From the NCBI GenBank assembly GCA_020850775.1, contig JADZEA010000034.1, positions 1-62,545 on the forward strand: a stretch of 62,545 nucleotides of DNA, read 5' to 3'. A program made the position numbers and the translations under genes. The notes under the pieces are model-generated. The model was given only the letters and a program-made list of their open reading frames with translations, was not told where the DNA came from and did not search any database. Positions 28,316-37,084 of this stretch are shown one piece after another (position 1 is the stretch's first letter; the number at the start of each line of letters is the position of its first letter). Source of the stretch: a bacterium (GTDB taxonomy: Bacteria; CLD3).

Positions 28316-28932
28316 AAGTAGTTAATTTTTAATTTCCCTAAACTGTTTTCAAAAATTGTCTTAGCAAATTCGTCAACCAAATTTAATCTAATTTCACCAA
28401 CAAGTTTAGTACTATTTCCATAAAAAGTGTTAATGACTTTAACACCAAAAAAATCAATGTTTTTCATTGCAATGTTTGTTAGTTCGTAGGGGAAAATCAG
28501 TTCAAATTTCTTTTGTAAAACTACGGTTTTTGTCGTTGCAGTTTCAAGCGTTATTTTTGCCGAATCTGTGTAAGCCTTGACCAAACCGCCAATTCCAAGC
28601 AATGTTCCGCCAAAATACCGCGTAACAACCAAACCAACGTTTGCTAAACCCGAAAACTCAAGAACTTTGAAAATTGGTTTGCCGGCTGTTCCTGAAGGTT
28701 CTCCGTCATCGCTGAAACGAAATTCTTTTTCAAACTTGTAAGCAAAACAATTGTGGTTCGCAAGGTGATGATTTTTGCGGATTTCGTTAAGTTTTTCATC
28801 AAAATCTTTCACGGAGAAAAGCGGAAAAGCTAAACCTAAAAATCTTGAATTTTTAATTTTGATTTCCGTCGTGTTTGCAAAAGCTAAAGTCGTGAACTCG
28901 TCAGAAGTAAAATTTAAAAGGTTCTGTTGAAT
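28312..28932 (-). CDS. YigZ/IMPACT family protein, with a proposed ATT start
   Basis: HNCFAYKF and SDDGEPSGTAGKPI are present, and the conserved N-terminal EIKIKNSRF block lies upstream of the first canonical start (GTG 28812). AGGAG sits 7 nt upstream of the ATT at 28932-28930. The product call is firm but the start is uncertain. Confidence 0.7.
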   Translation of the reverse strand: MQQNLLNFTSDEFTTLAFANTTEIKIKNSRFLGLAFPLFSVKDFDEKLNEIRKNHHLANHNCFAYKFEKEFRFSDDGEPSGTAGKPIFKVLEFSGLANVGLVVTRYFGGTLLGIGGLVKAYTDSAKITLETATTKTVVLQKKFELIFPYELTNIAMKNIDFFGVKVINTFYGNSTKLVGEIRLNLVDEFAKTIFENSLGKLKINYL

Positions 28933-28959
28933 TTTTTTGCTCCTTTCAATGAAAAATTT

Positions 28960-29856
28960 TCAAGGCTGAACAAAGTCTTTAAGGTTTAAAGTTTTGCCAA
29001 GTTCTTCAAGAGTTTTGCCAATTCTCAAACCTGGGACAGCAGCAAAATCGCCGTTCAAAAATTTTAAATTTCCGTTTTCAACTGCTGAAAGTCCTTTGAT
29101 TTGTTTCCACAAAGCTAAAATTTGTTCTTTTTGAGTTTCACCAAGTTCGTTTTCTGTTGAAATTTCAATCAAAACATCAGGATTAATTTCAATCAAAACT
29201 TCTAAAGTAACACTTGGGTAACGGTTTGGAAGTTTTGCAAAAGCATTTTTTGCACCGAGAAGTTCCAAAAGTTCTGTGTAAAAAGTCTTTTTCCCGGCAA
29301 CAAAAATTTCTTCCAAACTTCCCGCTGACCTTCCTGCAACAATTCCAACCCGCAAACTGTCGCCAATTTTATATTTTTGGGATAAAGTTTGCAACGAAAA
29401 ACGAATTGATTTTTCAAGCGAATCGGCTTTTTGTTCTTCACCGACACTTTTTCCAATGATTTTTAATCCTTCAAAAATTTCGTCAATCGTTTCGTCAGGG
29501 ATTTCAATCAGTTCAGTTTTAGAGAGTTCAAGAGCCTTTTTAAGTTCAGGATTGCTGACTTTTAGTGAAAAAAACTTTGTTGGTTTCAGAGAGACAATTT
29601 TTTCGATGTCAGGATTGAAAAGGTCGCCAATTTTCTCAATTTTTTCTGCTTCCTTTGGGAAAACACAAAAACGGGTTACGCCAACAATTTTTTCTTTTTG
29701 TGAAAGTGCAAAAAGGATTTCAGTAACGTTTGGAGCGTTGGAAACGAATCTTTCTTTGTTTGAAAAAGGGATTTCTTGTTTTGGAAAAAGAAAAATACTT
29801 GCCAAAATCAAAACAGCGAAAGCGAAAAGCAAAAGCCAGTAATTTTTAATTTGCAT
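28960..29856 (-). CDS. ABC transporter periplasmic substrate-binding protein (BtuF/iron-siderophore-like class III)
   Basis: N-terminal TM/signal segment, APNVTEILFAL....IVGVT, and DIEKIVSLKPT. Length is 298 aa. Confidence 0.8.
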   Translation of the reverse strand: MQIKNYWLLLFAFAVLILASIFLFPKQEIPFSNKERFVSNAPNVTEILFALSQKEKIVGVTRFCVFPKEAEKIEKIGDLFNPDIEKIVSLKPTKFFSLKVSNPELKKALELSKTELIEIPDETIDEIFEGLKIIGKSVGEEQKADSLEKSIRFSLQTLSQKYKIGDSLRVGIVAGRSAGSLEEIFVAGKKTFYTELLELLGAKNAFAKLPNRYPSVTLEVLIEINPDVLIEISTENELGETQKEQILALWKQIKGLSAVENGNLKFLNGDFAAVPGLRIGKTLEELGKTLNLKDFVQP

Positions 29857-30232
29857 TTTTAATTAACTCGTAGTTAGCAGGTTTTTTAAAGATAAAAAAG
29901 TCCAAAATTTTTAAGAGTAAAAGTGAAAGCAGCAAGTTTAACAATCCAAAAAGTAAGGATTTTGTTTGTGAGTTAAAGAAAAACTCACCTAAAAACACAC
30001 CCAAAATTAAGGCTAAAGCAGGTAAAAACAAGGCAAGCAACCAGCTTTTTGAATTTTCATCCTGAATTTTGAGGAAATCATTTTCCTTACCCTGAAAACT
30101 TTTGTCAAAGAATGTTAGTTTAATTTTTTTCTCGTCGGGAGAACAAAGTTTGCAAGTGAAGCAATCCTCATTTTTTAGAAGTTCAACTGTAACTTTACCG
30201 TTTGAATTTTCGATAATTTTTGCGAATTTCAT
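29846..30232 (-). CDS. Small membrane protein, RseC/MucC-like (SoxR-reducing system family)
   Basis: N-terminal beta-rich region with CFTCKLC, followed by two hydrophobic segments. I chose the ATG at 30232, which avoids overlap with the mscS-like gene. Confidence 0.5.
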   Translation of the reverse strand: MKFAKIIENSNGKVTVELLKNEDCFTCKLCSPDEKKIKLTFFDKSFQGKENDFLKIQDENSKSWLLALFLPALALILGVFLGEFFFNSQTKSLLFGLLNLLLSLLLLKILDFFIFKKPANYELIKNAN

Positions 30233-30236
30233 TTTT

Positions 30237-31343
30237 TTAGTCTTTTTTGAGTTGTAAAGGGTTTTCAAAATAGATTGATTTGCTTGGGAAAGCGAACTCA
30301 AGCCCTTCATTTTTTACAAGTTCCATAATTTTAAAATTGATTTTTTGTTTTGTTTCCAAGTAAAGTTTGAAATCAATTTCTACTGTAAAGTATTGAACTA
30401 AAATGTCCAAAGAAGAAGCACCAAACTCATTAAAAACAACGACAGAACTTTCAGGAATGACGTCTTTTTCAGTGTCTAAGAAGAGTTTAATTTTGGTAAC
30501 AAGGCTTTGGATTTTTTCGGAAGAACTTGAGTAAGTTAAGCCAATTGTGAAGCGAACTCTTCGCTTTTCCATTGCTGAGAGGTTTTCAATTGCTTCTGAA
30601 GTAATCATTTTGTTTGGGACGGTAATCAAAGTTCTTGACAAACTTCGGATTTGTGTTGAACGGAAAGTTATTGATTCAATAGTTCCTTCGTAGTTATTAA
30701 ATTTAATCATTTCACCGACTTTAAAAGGCTTTGTTACGACAATTACGACAGTTCCAAAAAGGTTTGCGAGAGTTTCCTGTGCAGCAAGAGCGATTGCCAA
30801 ACCTCCAATTCCAATTCCTGCAAGTAAACTTCCGACAGAGTAACCAAGCGTTTGGACGACCAAAATTCCACCAAGTGAAATGACAATGATTTTTAAAACC
30901 TGATGAAGCATTGGAACGAGTTGTTTTGAGAGTTCTTCTTCTGAGCTTGATTTTTTAGCGAGGTTTACTTTAAAAATTTCAATCACAAAATCAGTTAATC
31001 TGAAAAAACACCAAACAGAAACAGTGGAAAGAGCAACAGTATAAATTTTGAATAAAAAAGGATTTATTGAAATGCGTTTTGGGTAGTGTAAATCAAGGTA
31101 AAAAATTGCGTAGTAAAGTCCTGTTAAAGTAATAAAAACCTTAATTGGTGGAATAATTGCGTTAATAATTATGTCATCGTACTTGGAAGCTGTTTTTTCT
31201 ACAATTTTAAGTAAGCGTTTTCCGATAATTGAACTGAAAGTCTTTTTGATAAGAAAGGTTAAAACAAGAACCGCCAAAGAAAAAAATAGCTTTTCTGTTT
31301 CAATACCTAAAATTAATTCTTTAGACCTTAGAAAATTTAGCAT
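30237..31343 (-). CDS. Mechanosensitive ion channel family protein (MscS-like)
   Basis: TM segments followed by GTVVIVVTKPFKVGEMIKFNNYEGTIESITFRSTQIRS...ITVPN. Confidence 0.9.
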   Translation of the reverse strand: MLNFLRSKELILGIETEKLFFSLAVLVLTFLIKKTFSSIIGKRLLKIVEKTASKYDDIIINAIIPPIKVFITLTGLYYAIFYLDLHYPKRISINPFLFKIYTVALSTVSVWCFFRLTDFVIEIFKVNLAKKSSSEEELSKQLVPMLHQVLKIIVISLGGILVVQTLGYSVGSLLAGIGIGGLAIALAAQETLANLFGTVVIVVTKPFKVGEMIKFNNYEGTIESITFRSTQIRSLSRTLITVPNKMITSEAIENLSAMEKRRVRFTIGLTYSSSSEKIQSLVTKIKLFLDTEKDVIPESSVVVFNEFGASSLDILVQYFTVEIDFKLYLETKQKINFKIMELVKNEGLEFAFPSKSIYFENPLQLKKD

Positions 31344-31521
31344 TAAAAAACCTTTGTTTTTAAAAGTGAGAGTTGTTAAAGTCTGGTGTTTATGGAAACA
31401 CAGTTTTAAAGATAATAAAAATTATCGTATTTTTAAAACCCCAAGATTTTTTAAAAGGCTTGCACTTTTAAAAATTTAGTTCTAATTTTGGATTTAAGAA
31501 AAATTTAGAGAGCAAAAAATA

Positions 31522-32154
31522 ATGAAAATCTTAGCTATTGGTTCGCACCCTGACGATGTTGAGTATGGTTGTGGTGGAACTTTAATTGAGTTTGCCGAAA
31601 AAGGACACGAAGTTTTTCTTTTCATTGCAACTTTAGGTTCGTACGGTGGAAATTCTGAAGTTCGTAAACAAGAACAAGAGGCAGCAGCAAAAATTATTGG
31701 AGCGAAAGAAGTCATTTGGGGAAATTACGAAGACACAAAAATCCCGCTTTCACGTGAACTAATCCAACACCTTGAAGAAGTAATTAACAGAATTAATCCT
31801 GACTTGATTTTTTCCCATTTTCCCGATGACACTCACCAGGACCATAGAAATCTTTCAAGTTGTGTCAAATCTGCGACAAGATTTGTAAGAAATTTTTTGC
31901 TTTTTGAAGGTCCGACAACTCAAAATTTTAATCCTGATATTTACGTTGACATTGAAAATGTACTTGAAAAGAAAAGGCTCCTTTTATCAACGCATCTTTC
32001 ACAAGTGCAAAAAACTAACGTTAAAGACGTTGCAATTACAAGATTTATGGAATCAACAGCAACTTTTCGCGGAATAAAAGGGCGAGTTAAGTTTGCTGAA
32101 GCCTTTGTTGCTGTCCGTTACTTTGTTGATATTTTTAAAAATGATGCAAAATGA
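31522..32154 (+). CDS. PIG-L (LmbE) family deacetylase, BshB-like
   Basis: ILAIGSHPDDVEYGCGGTL and HQDH motifs in a 210-aa protein. Confidence 0.88.
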   Translation: MKILAIGSHPDDVEYGCGGTLIEFAEKGHEVFLFIATLGSYGGNSEVRKQEQEAAAKIIGAKEVIWGNYEDTKIPLSRELIQHLEEVINRINPDLIFSHFPDDTHQDHRNLSSCVKSATRFVRNFLLFEGPTTQNFNPDIYVDIENVLEKKRLLLSTHLSQVQKTNVKDVAITRFMESTATFRGIKGRVKFAEAFVAVRYFVDIFKNDAK

Positions 32155-34007
32155 AAAAACTCTGTTTCCTAATTTTTTTACTTGTTACAAAAATTGCTTT
32201 TGCAAAGCAACCAACAATTTTACTAACCGGAAACACAAACGGAGACACAAAATTAATTCAAGCTGTTGTTTTTGCTTACGATAAAATTGAAGAACCAAAA
32301 TTTCTTTTTGCCTTAAAAAACTTTGTTTCTTACAAAGAAACTTTTGTTGACAGTGCAAAAACTCTCCAAAATTCCAAACTTACCGAAAAATTTCAAACCA
32401 AAAACACTCCTTTTTTGGCAGACAGTTCCTTGCTTTTGCTTGACGAAAACCAAACAGATTTCCAAATCTTGCTCCAAAAATTTCCAAAGTTAGAAGTAGT
32501 GGTTCTTCCTGAAAAATCTGACGTTGACAAAAATTTTTATCTCACACGTGAAAATGGAAAACTTGTTTTGTTTCTTGCCCAAGATTTTGAAGTTGGAATT
32601 TTAGAGCCAAAACAAGACTACTACAAGTTTGAAAAACTAAACCTTGAAACTTCCAATTTTCAATCTCTTTACCCGGAAAATTTGCTTCAAAACTATTGGA
32701 AACAACATTTTCCAAAAACTTTTGGCAAACCTTTTTTGGTTGGCAACAGCTTTGTCGAGCAAAGTTTTATTAATTTATCGCTTTACTCTCTAATGAAAAA
32801 ATCAGAAGTAAAACTTGTTTTTTACAGTAAAAACGATTTTGATTTGGCTTCTTTGGAAAAATTTACGGAGGATTCTTACCTTGAACTAACGGAAGCAAAC
32901 CAATTAATCAAGTCCGATGAAAAATTTTTAGTTGGAAAAATTTCAGGCTTTTTGCTCCAAAAACTTGTTTTGTTAAGCAAAGGAAAGTTTGAACTTTTAT
33001 CGGTTGATTCTTTTGTGGAGAAAAATTCCACAACACTTTTTGGCAACAAAATTTTTGAGGATAATTGCTACAAAGTTTGTTTCAGCGAAAATTTCTATCA
33101 AAAATTTAAAGAAGAGTTTGAAGGTTCAAAGCTAACAGAAACAATAACTTTACGAAACGCATTTTTAGCTGATTTTGAAAATTTTTCAGGTGGAGAACTG
33201 CTTGACACGGAAAGATTTTTCAAGGAAGACGATTTTGTGAACAAGCCTTTGGTTCAAGTTAATTTTGACGAAGTTTCATTTTTTTTGAGCAGAAACAGAG
33301 TGAAAAACAAGGAACTCTACAAAGGCGTTTCCGAAAGCGAACTGCAAGGCGAAGATTACCTTGACGTTTTGTTAAAGGCAAATATTTTTGCAACCCGCAC
33401 AACTCGTTCCACAAAATGGACAAACCAACTTTTTACCGATTTCAGAAAAGTTAAAATTAAAAATGAAGACTTCATTGAAAACGATATTTTTATCAGAAGT
33501 CTGATTGATTGGCAGTACGATTTGTTTTACGGAACTTCGCCTTTTTTAGCGATAAAATTTGATTCTGAAATCACAAAAGCAGGAAAAACAAGGCAAAAAG
33601 ATTTTTATTTTGACCTTGGTTTAGCTTTACCAAAGGCTTTTGGTTTTAAGGAGACAAGGCTTGCGTACTCAAGAATTTTTGACTTGTCAGAAAATGACAG
33701 AAACGGTTTGAACGGGATTCAGGTTGAAACTTTGCAACAAATGACTTTTAACCCAAAATCAAAGCAAAAAATCAGGCTTCAAAGCCAAATTGAAGCGATT
33801 TACTACTTTGACGACAAGAGAGAAAGTGTTGAAGGAAGGATTTTTAAACTTGATTTTTCAACTCAGCTAAAGTTTCCAATCACACAAAATTTTACTTTGA
33901 AACCTGCGCTAAACGGATTTTTTTTCAAAGGAAACAAAGACAGAAAGTGGTCAAGTGCTTTTGAAATTTTGATTGGACTTAGCTACTCACAAGACTGGAA
34001 TTTTTAA
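32151..34007 (+). CDS. Hypothetical exported protein, possibly an outer-membrane beta-barrel at the C-terminus
   Basis: Signal peptide and a 618-aa ORF. The C-terminal third has alternating hydrophobic strands and ends ...YSQDWNF (terminal Phe). ATGA overlap with the upstream deacetylase gene. Confidence 0.65.
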   Translation: MKKLCFLIFLLVTKIAFAKQPTILLTGNTNGDTKLIQAVVFAYDKIEEPKFLFALKNFVSYKETFVDSAKTLQNSKLTEKFQTKNTPFLADSSLLLLDENQTDFQILLQKFPKLEVVVLPEKSDVDKNFYLTRENGKLVLFLAQDFEVGILEPKQDYYKFEKLNLETSNFQSLYPENLLQNYWKQHFPKTFGKPFLVGNSFVEQSFINLSLYSLMKKSEVKLVFYSKNDFDLASLEKFTEDSYLELTEANQLIKSDEKFLVGKISGFLLQKLVLLSKGKFELLSVDSFVEKNSTTLFGNKIFEDNCYKVCFSENFYQKFKEEFEGSKLTETITLRNAFLADFENFSGGELLDTERFFKEDDFVNKPLVQVNFDEVSFFLSRNRVKNKELYKGVSESELQGEDYLDVLLKANIFATRTTRSTKWTNQLFTDFRKVKIKNEDFIENDIFIRSLIDWQYDLFYGTSPFLAIKFDSEITKAGKTRQKDFYFDLGLALPKAFGFKETRLAYSRIFDLSENDRNGLNGIQVETLQQMTFNPKSKQKIRLQSQIEAIYYFDDKRESVEGRIFKLDFSTQLKFPITQNFTLKPALNGFFFKGNKDRKWSSAFEILIGLSYSQDWNF

Positions 34008-34094
34008 AATAAAAAAATCTACCCGATAAAATTTTTATTCGTTAAATTGTGTCTAAGATTTTTGAAAACTCTAAATACAGTGTGAGAGGTAAAA

Positions 34095-35006
34095 TTGTTA
34101 TCAGTCAGAAATTTGTTTTTTCTCTTAGTTTTTACTACTGAAATTTTTGCTCAAGTAAATTCCGGTGCGGATTCCTTAGTTTTGTTTGTTGCAGGAAACG
34201 GAGCGTCTTTTGGACAAAATTTTTTACCAAACAATGTTTTAGGATTTCCTGACACTTTGGCGACTTCGTTTGTTCCTTCGGCAAACGAAAACCAAATTCT
34301 TTCTTTGGGAGCAAACGGGCAAATCATTTTAGGTTTTTTTAACAATCCGATAATTGATGGAAATGGGTTTGATTTCACGGTTTTTGAAAATGTTTTTTAT
34401 GTTTTTGGCGATACGACAGACCCTTTTCGTGAAACTGCGGTTGTTTCAGTCAGTAAAGACGGGCTGTTTTTTTTTGATTTTCCTTACAACCCGCAAACTT
34501 TGGCAGGTTTGGCAGGTTTAAACCCAACAAACGGAAACCAAAACCCACAAAATTTTTTAGTTTCTGGTGGTGATTCTTTTGATTTACAAACTGTTGGGCT
34601 TGACACTGCTTACTTTGTAAAACTAACTGACACGGGAAATCTTGTAATTGACGGTTCTGATAATTTTTCAGGAGGAGATTTTGACCTTGACGCAATTGTA
34701 GGGATTAATTTTGCAGGTTCTCCGTCAAAAACCACTGAAACAACGAACCTGAAAAACAGTTTTGTAATCTCAAACGTTTTTCCAAACCCAACAAATGCAC
34801 AGGTAAATTTTACTTTTTCAGGTGAAGAAACTTTTGGTAAAGTAAAAATTTTCAATTTGTTGGGAAAAACCATTTTTGAACAAACAATGCTTTTGAACAA
34901 ACAATTTTCGTGGAAAATTCAAGAAAACATTGCAAGTGGAATTTATGTTTTACAAGTTCAGTCTAAAAATGAAGTTGTAAGTAAAAAGTTTACAATTCTA
35001 AAGTAG
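34095..35006 (+). CDS. Secreted protein with a T9SS C-terminal sorting domain
   Basis: Signal peptide. The C-terminal FPNPTNAQVNFTF...GIYVLQVQSKNEVVSKKFTILK is a typical CTD. The start codon is TTG. Confidence 0.75.
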   Translation: MLSVRNLFFLLVFTTEIFAQVNSGADSLVLFVAGNGASFGQNFLPNNVLGFPDTLATSFVPSANENQILSLGANGQIILGFFNNPIIDGNGFDFTVFENVFYVFGDTTDPFRETAVVSVSKDGLFFFDFPYNPQTLAGLAGLNPTNGNQNPQNFLVSGGDSFDLQTVGLDTAYFVKLTDTGNLVIDGSDNFSGGDFDLDAIVGINFAGSPSKTTETTNLKNSFVISNVFPNPTNAQVNFTFSGEETFGKVKIFNLLGKTIFEQTMLLNKQFSWKIQENIASGIYVLQVQSKNEVVSKKFTILK

Positions 35007-35019
35007 AAAAGTGTTTTTT

Positions 35020-35436
35020 TTAAATGCTTAGTCTGTAAACGTTTTTGCTTTTTCCTTCGCCAAGTCTTTCCCTTGCTTCTTTATCGGCGCATTTTGTGCA
35101 TTTTCCTTGTGGACTTCTCCATTTTGCTTCTTTTCCACACTCAATACATTTATCGTTTTGAAATTCAACCTGAATAGTTTTAGTGCTGCTTTTGAGTTTG
35201 AGTTTTCTTTCACGTTTTTTACGTGTGATTTCATCTTCTTCTTCTTCAGAATCATCATCACTTTCAACTTCTAACAAGTCTTCCTCATCTGGTTCTTCAA
35301 TTTCCTCTGTGAATTCCAAATCATCCTCGTCTTTCTCAAAATTAGTTGTGGAATCACCATCATTTTCATCGTCACCATCAAAATATTTGTCGTCAAAGTT
35401 TTCTTCTTCCTCTTCAAGTTTTTTTTTGCGAGCCAT
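35020..35436 (-). CDS. Hypothetical highly acidic protein with a C-terminal CxxC...CxxC zinc ribbon
   Basis: 138-aa ORF with a D/E-rich N-terminal ~70 aa, a basic linker (RKKRERKLKLK), then CIECG...CTKC. Confidence 0.65.
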   Translation of the reverse strand: MARKKKLEEEEENFDDKYFDGDDENDGDSTTNFEKDEDDLEFTEEIEEPDEEDLLEVESDDDSEEEEDEITRKKRERKLKLKSSTKTIQVEFQNDKCIECGKEAKWRSPQGKCTKCADKEARERLGEGKSKNVYRLSI

Positions 35437-35681
35437 TTATTTTTTCCTTTCTTTATTAAACTAAAAAATTGGTGCGAAATTTAATAAATCATTTCCTAAA
35501 TTGCAAGGTGCAATAACGAAAATAAAATTTAGTTTGTTCCCTTAATTTTTTTAAATTTTAACCTTACTTTGAACGCGGCAATGAAGAAGAAAAGTGGTGA
35601 AAATTCTTCACTTGAAAATTCAATTTGGAAAACACGTTATCGGAAAAACCTTAGTTTGTAATAAAAAAAAGAAAGTAAAAA

Positions 35682-36176
35682 ATGGTAAAAATCCTTTTTG
35701 TTTGTGCGGGAAATGTTTGCCGTTCTCCAATGGCAAAAGCACTTTTCAAAAAAGTTGTGGAAGAAAACAACCTGCAAAATCAAGTCTTTGTCGATTCAGC
35801 AGGAACTTTAAACTCACAAGTTGGCTACACAGCTTCTGATTTTTCAGTAGAAATTTGCAAGGAAAATAATCTTTCACTTGAAAACCACCGTGCAAAACAA
35901 ATCACAAAAGAAGACCTTGAAAATTTTGATTTGATTGTTACAATGGACAGAAAAAACCAGGAAAACGTTTTGAAACTTGCAAATAATTCACAACAAAAAG
36001 AAAAAGTTGTTTTGATACGAAACTTTGACACCGAAACAAAAACTTTAGATGTTTCTGACCCTTACGGATTATCAATTGAAAATTACAGGGAAACCTACAA
36101 AATCATTGAAAGGTGCAGCACCTGGCTATTAAAATTTATAAAAATGAAATTTAAAATTAGTGAGTTTAAAAAATGA
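35682..36176 (+). CDS. Low-molecular-weight protein-tyrosine phosphatase
   Basis: ILFVCAGNVCRSPMA (CX5R(S) P-loop) and a downstream DPY motif. Confidence 0.9.
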   Translation: MVKILFVCAGNVCRSPMAKALFKKVVEENNLQNQVFVDSAGTLNSQVGYTASDFSVEICKENNLSLENHRAKQITKEDLENFDLIVTMDRKNQENVLKLANNSQQKEKVVLIRNFDTETKTLDVSDPYGLSIENYRETYKIIERCSTWLLKFIKMKFKISEFKK

Positions 36177-37060
36177 AATTTGCTGCAATTGACATCGGTT
36201 CAAACGCTGTAAGGCTTTTGTGCTCAAACGTTTTTGAGGAAGGTGGAAAAGTTATTTTTAAAAAAGCATCTTTTTTCCGTGTTCCTTTAAGGCTTGGAGA
36301 TGACGTTTTCCTGACGCAAAGAATTCCCGAAAATAAAACCAAAGACTTAATCAAAACACTTGTAGCTTTTAAAAATCTGATTGAAATTTTTGAACCGATA
36401 AATTTTATGGCTTGTGCAACTTCTGCAATGCGAGAGGCTCAAAACAACCAGGAAATTATCGAAAAAATCAAAAATGAAACGGGGATTTTAATAGAAATCA
36501 TTGACGGAGAAAGCGAAGCCGAGTTTATCTTTTCAAACCACGTCGCCGAATCACTTGAACCCGACAACTCTTACCTTTACATCGACGTCGGCGGCGGAAG
36601 CACTGAACTCACTCTCTTCGCAAAACAAAAAAAAATGGAATCCGCCTCTTTCAACATCGGAACAGTTCGTCTCTTAGAAAAACTTGTTGAAGAACCCGAA
36701 TGGGAAAAAATGAAACAATGGATAAAAAACTACGCACTAAAACATAAACCTTTAGTCGGGATTGGCTCCGGTGGAAACATTAATAAAATTTTCAAACTTG
36801 CTCAAATAAAAGATGAAAAACCACTTTCAATTAGAAAAATGATTGAAATTCACGACTACCTGAACAGTTTTACACTTGAAGAAAGAATTACAGTACTTGG
36901 CTTACGACCCGACAGGGCAGACGTGATAATTCCTGCTTTGGAAATTTACCGTGAAATTATGGAAACTGCCAAGATTTCAAAAATAATCGTTCCACAAGTT
37001 GGGCTTGTCGATGGAATAATTTGCAAACTTTACGATGACTACGTTAAAAACAAAAAATAA
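36173..37060 (+). CDS. Ppx/GppA family phosphatase (N-terminal ASKHA domains only)
   Basis: FAAIDIGSNAVRLL and IDVGGGSTE motifs in a 295-aa protein. ATGA overlap with the LMW-PTP gene. Confidence 0.88.
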   Translation: MKFAAIDIGSNAVRLLCSNVFEEGGKVIFKKASFFRVPLRLGDDVFLTQRIPENKTKDLIKTLVAFKNLIEIFEPINFMACATSAMREAQNNQEIIEKIKNETGILIEIIDGESEAEFIFSNHVAESLEPDNSYLYIDVGGGSTELTLFAKQKKMESASFNIGTVRLLEKLVEEPEWEKMKQWIKNYALKHKPLVGIGSGGNINKIFKLAQIKDEKPLSIRKMIEIHDYLNSFTLEERITVLGLRPDRADVIIPALEIYREIMETAKISKIIVPQVGLVDGIICKLYDDYVKNKK

Positions 37061-37084
37061 ACAGATTTTTTAAATCACTTGATT

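Noticed and set aside
28960-28962. In-frame TGA between the binding-protein gene and yigZ, considered as evidence for a recoded genetic code (UGA as a sense codon) or a fusion protein
   Set aside because: Many well-supported genes here end at TGA at sensible lengths, for example 216-218 and 5325-5327. No recognised protein needs read-through to be complete. The binding protein ends at a typical length of 298 aa. A strong AGGAG plus ATT start explains yigZ better.
35183-35464. 93-aa Ser-rich plus-strand ORF
   Set aside because: It is the antisense reading of the GAA/GAT-rich acidic protein gene at 35020..35436, so it is a compositional artefact.
35581-35661. 26-codon ORF (MKKKSGENSSLENSIWKTRYRKNLSL) upstream of the LMW-PTP gene, and the 81-aa ORF 35594..35839
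   Set aside because: No SD-like sequence precedes the small ORF. The 81-aa ORF overlaps the well-supported phosphatase gene out of frame.
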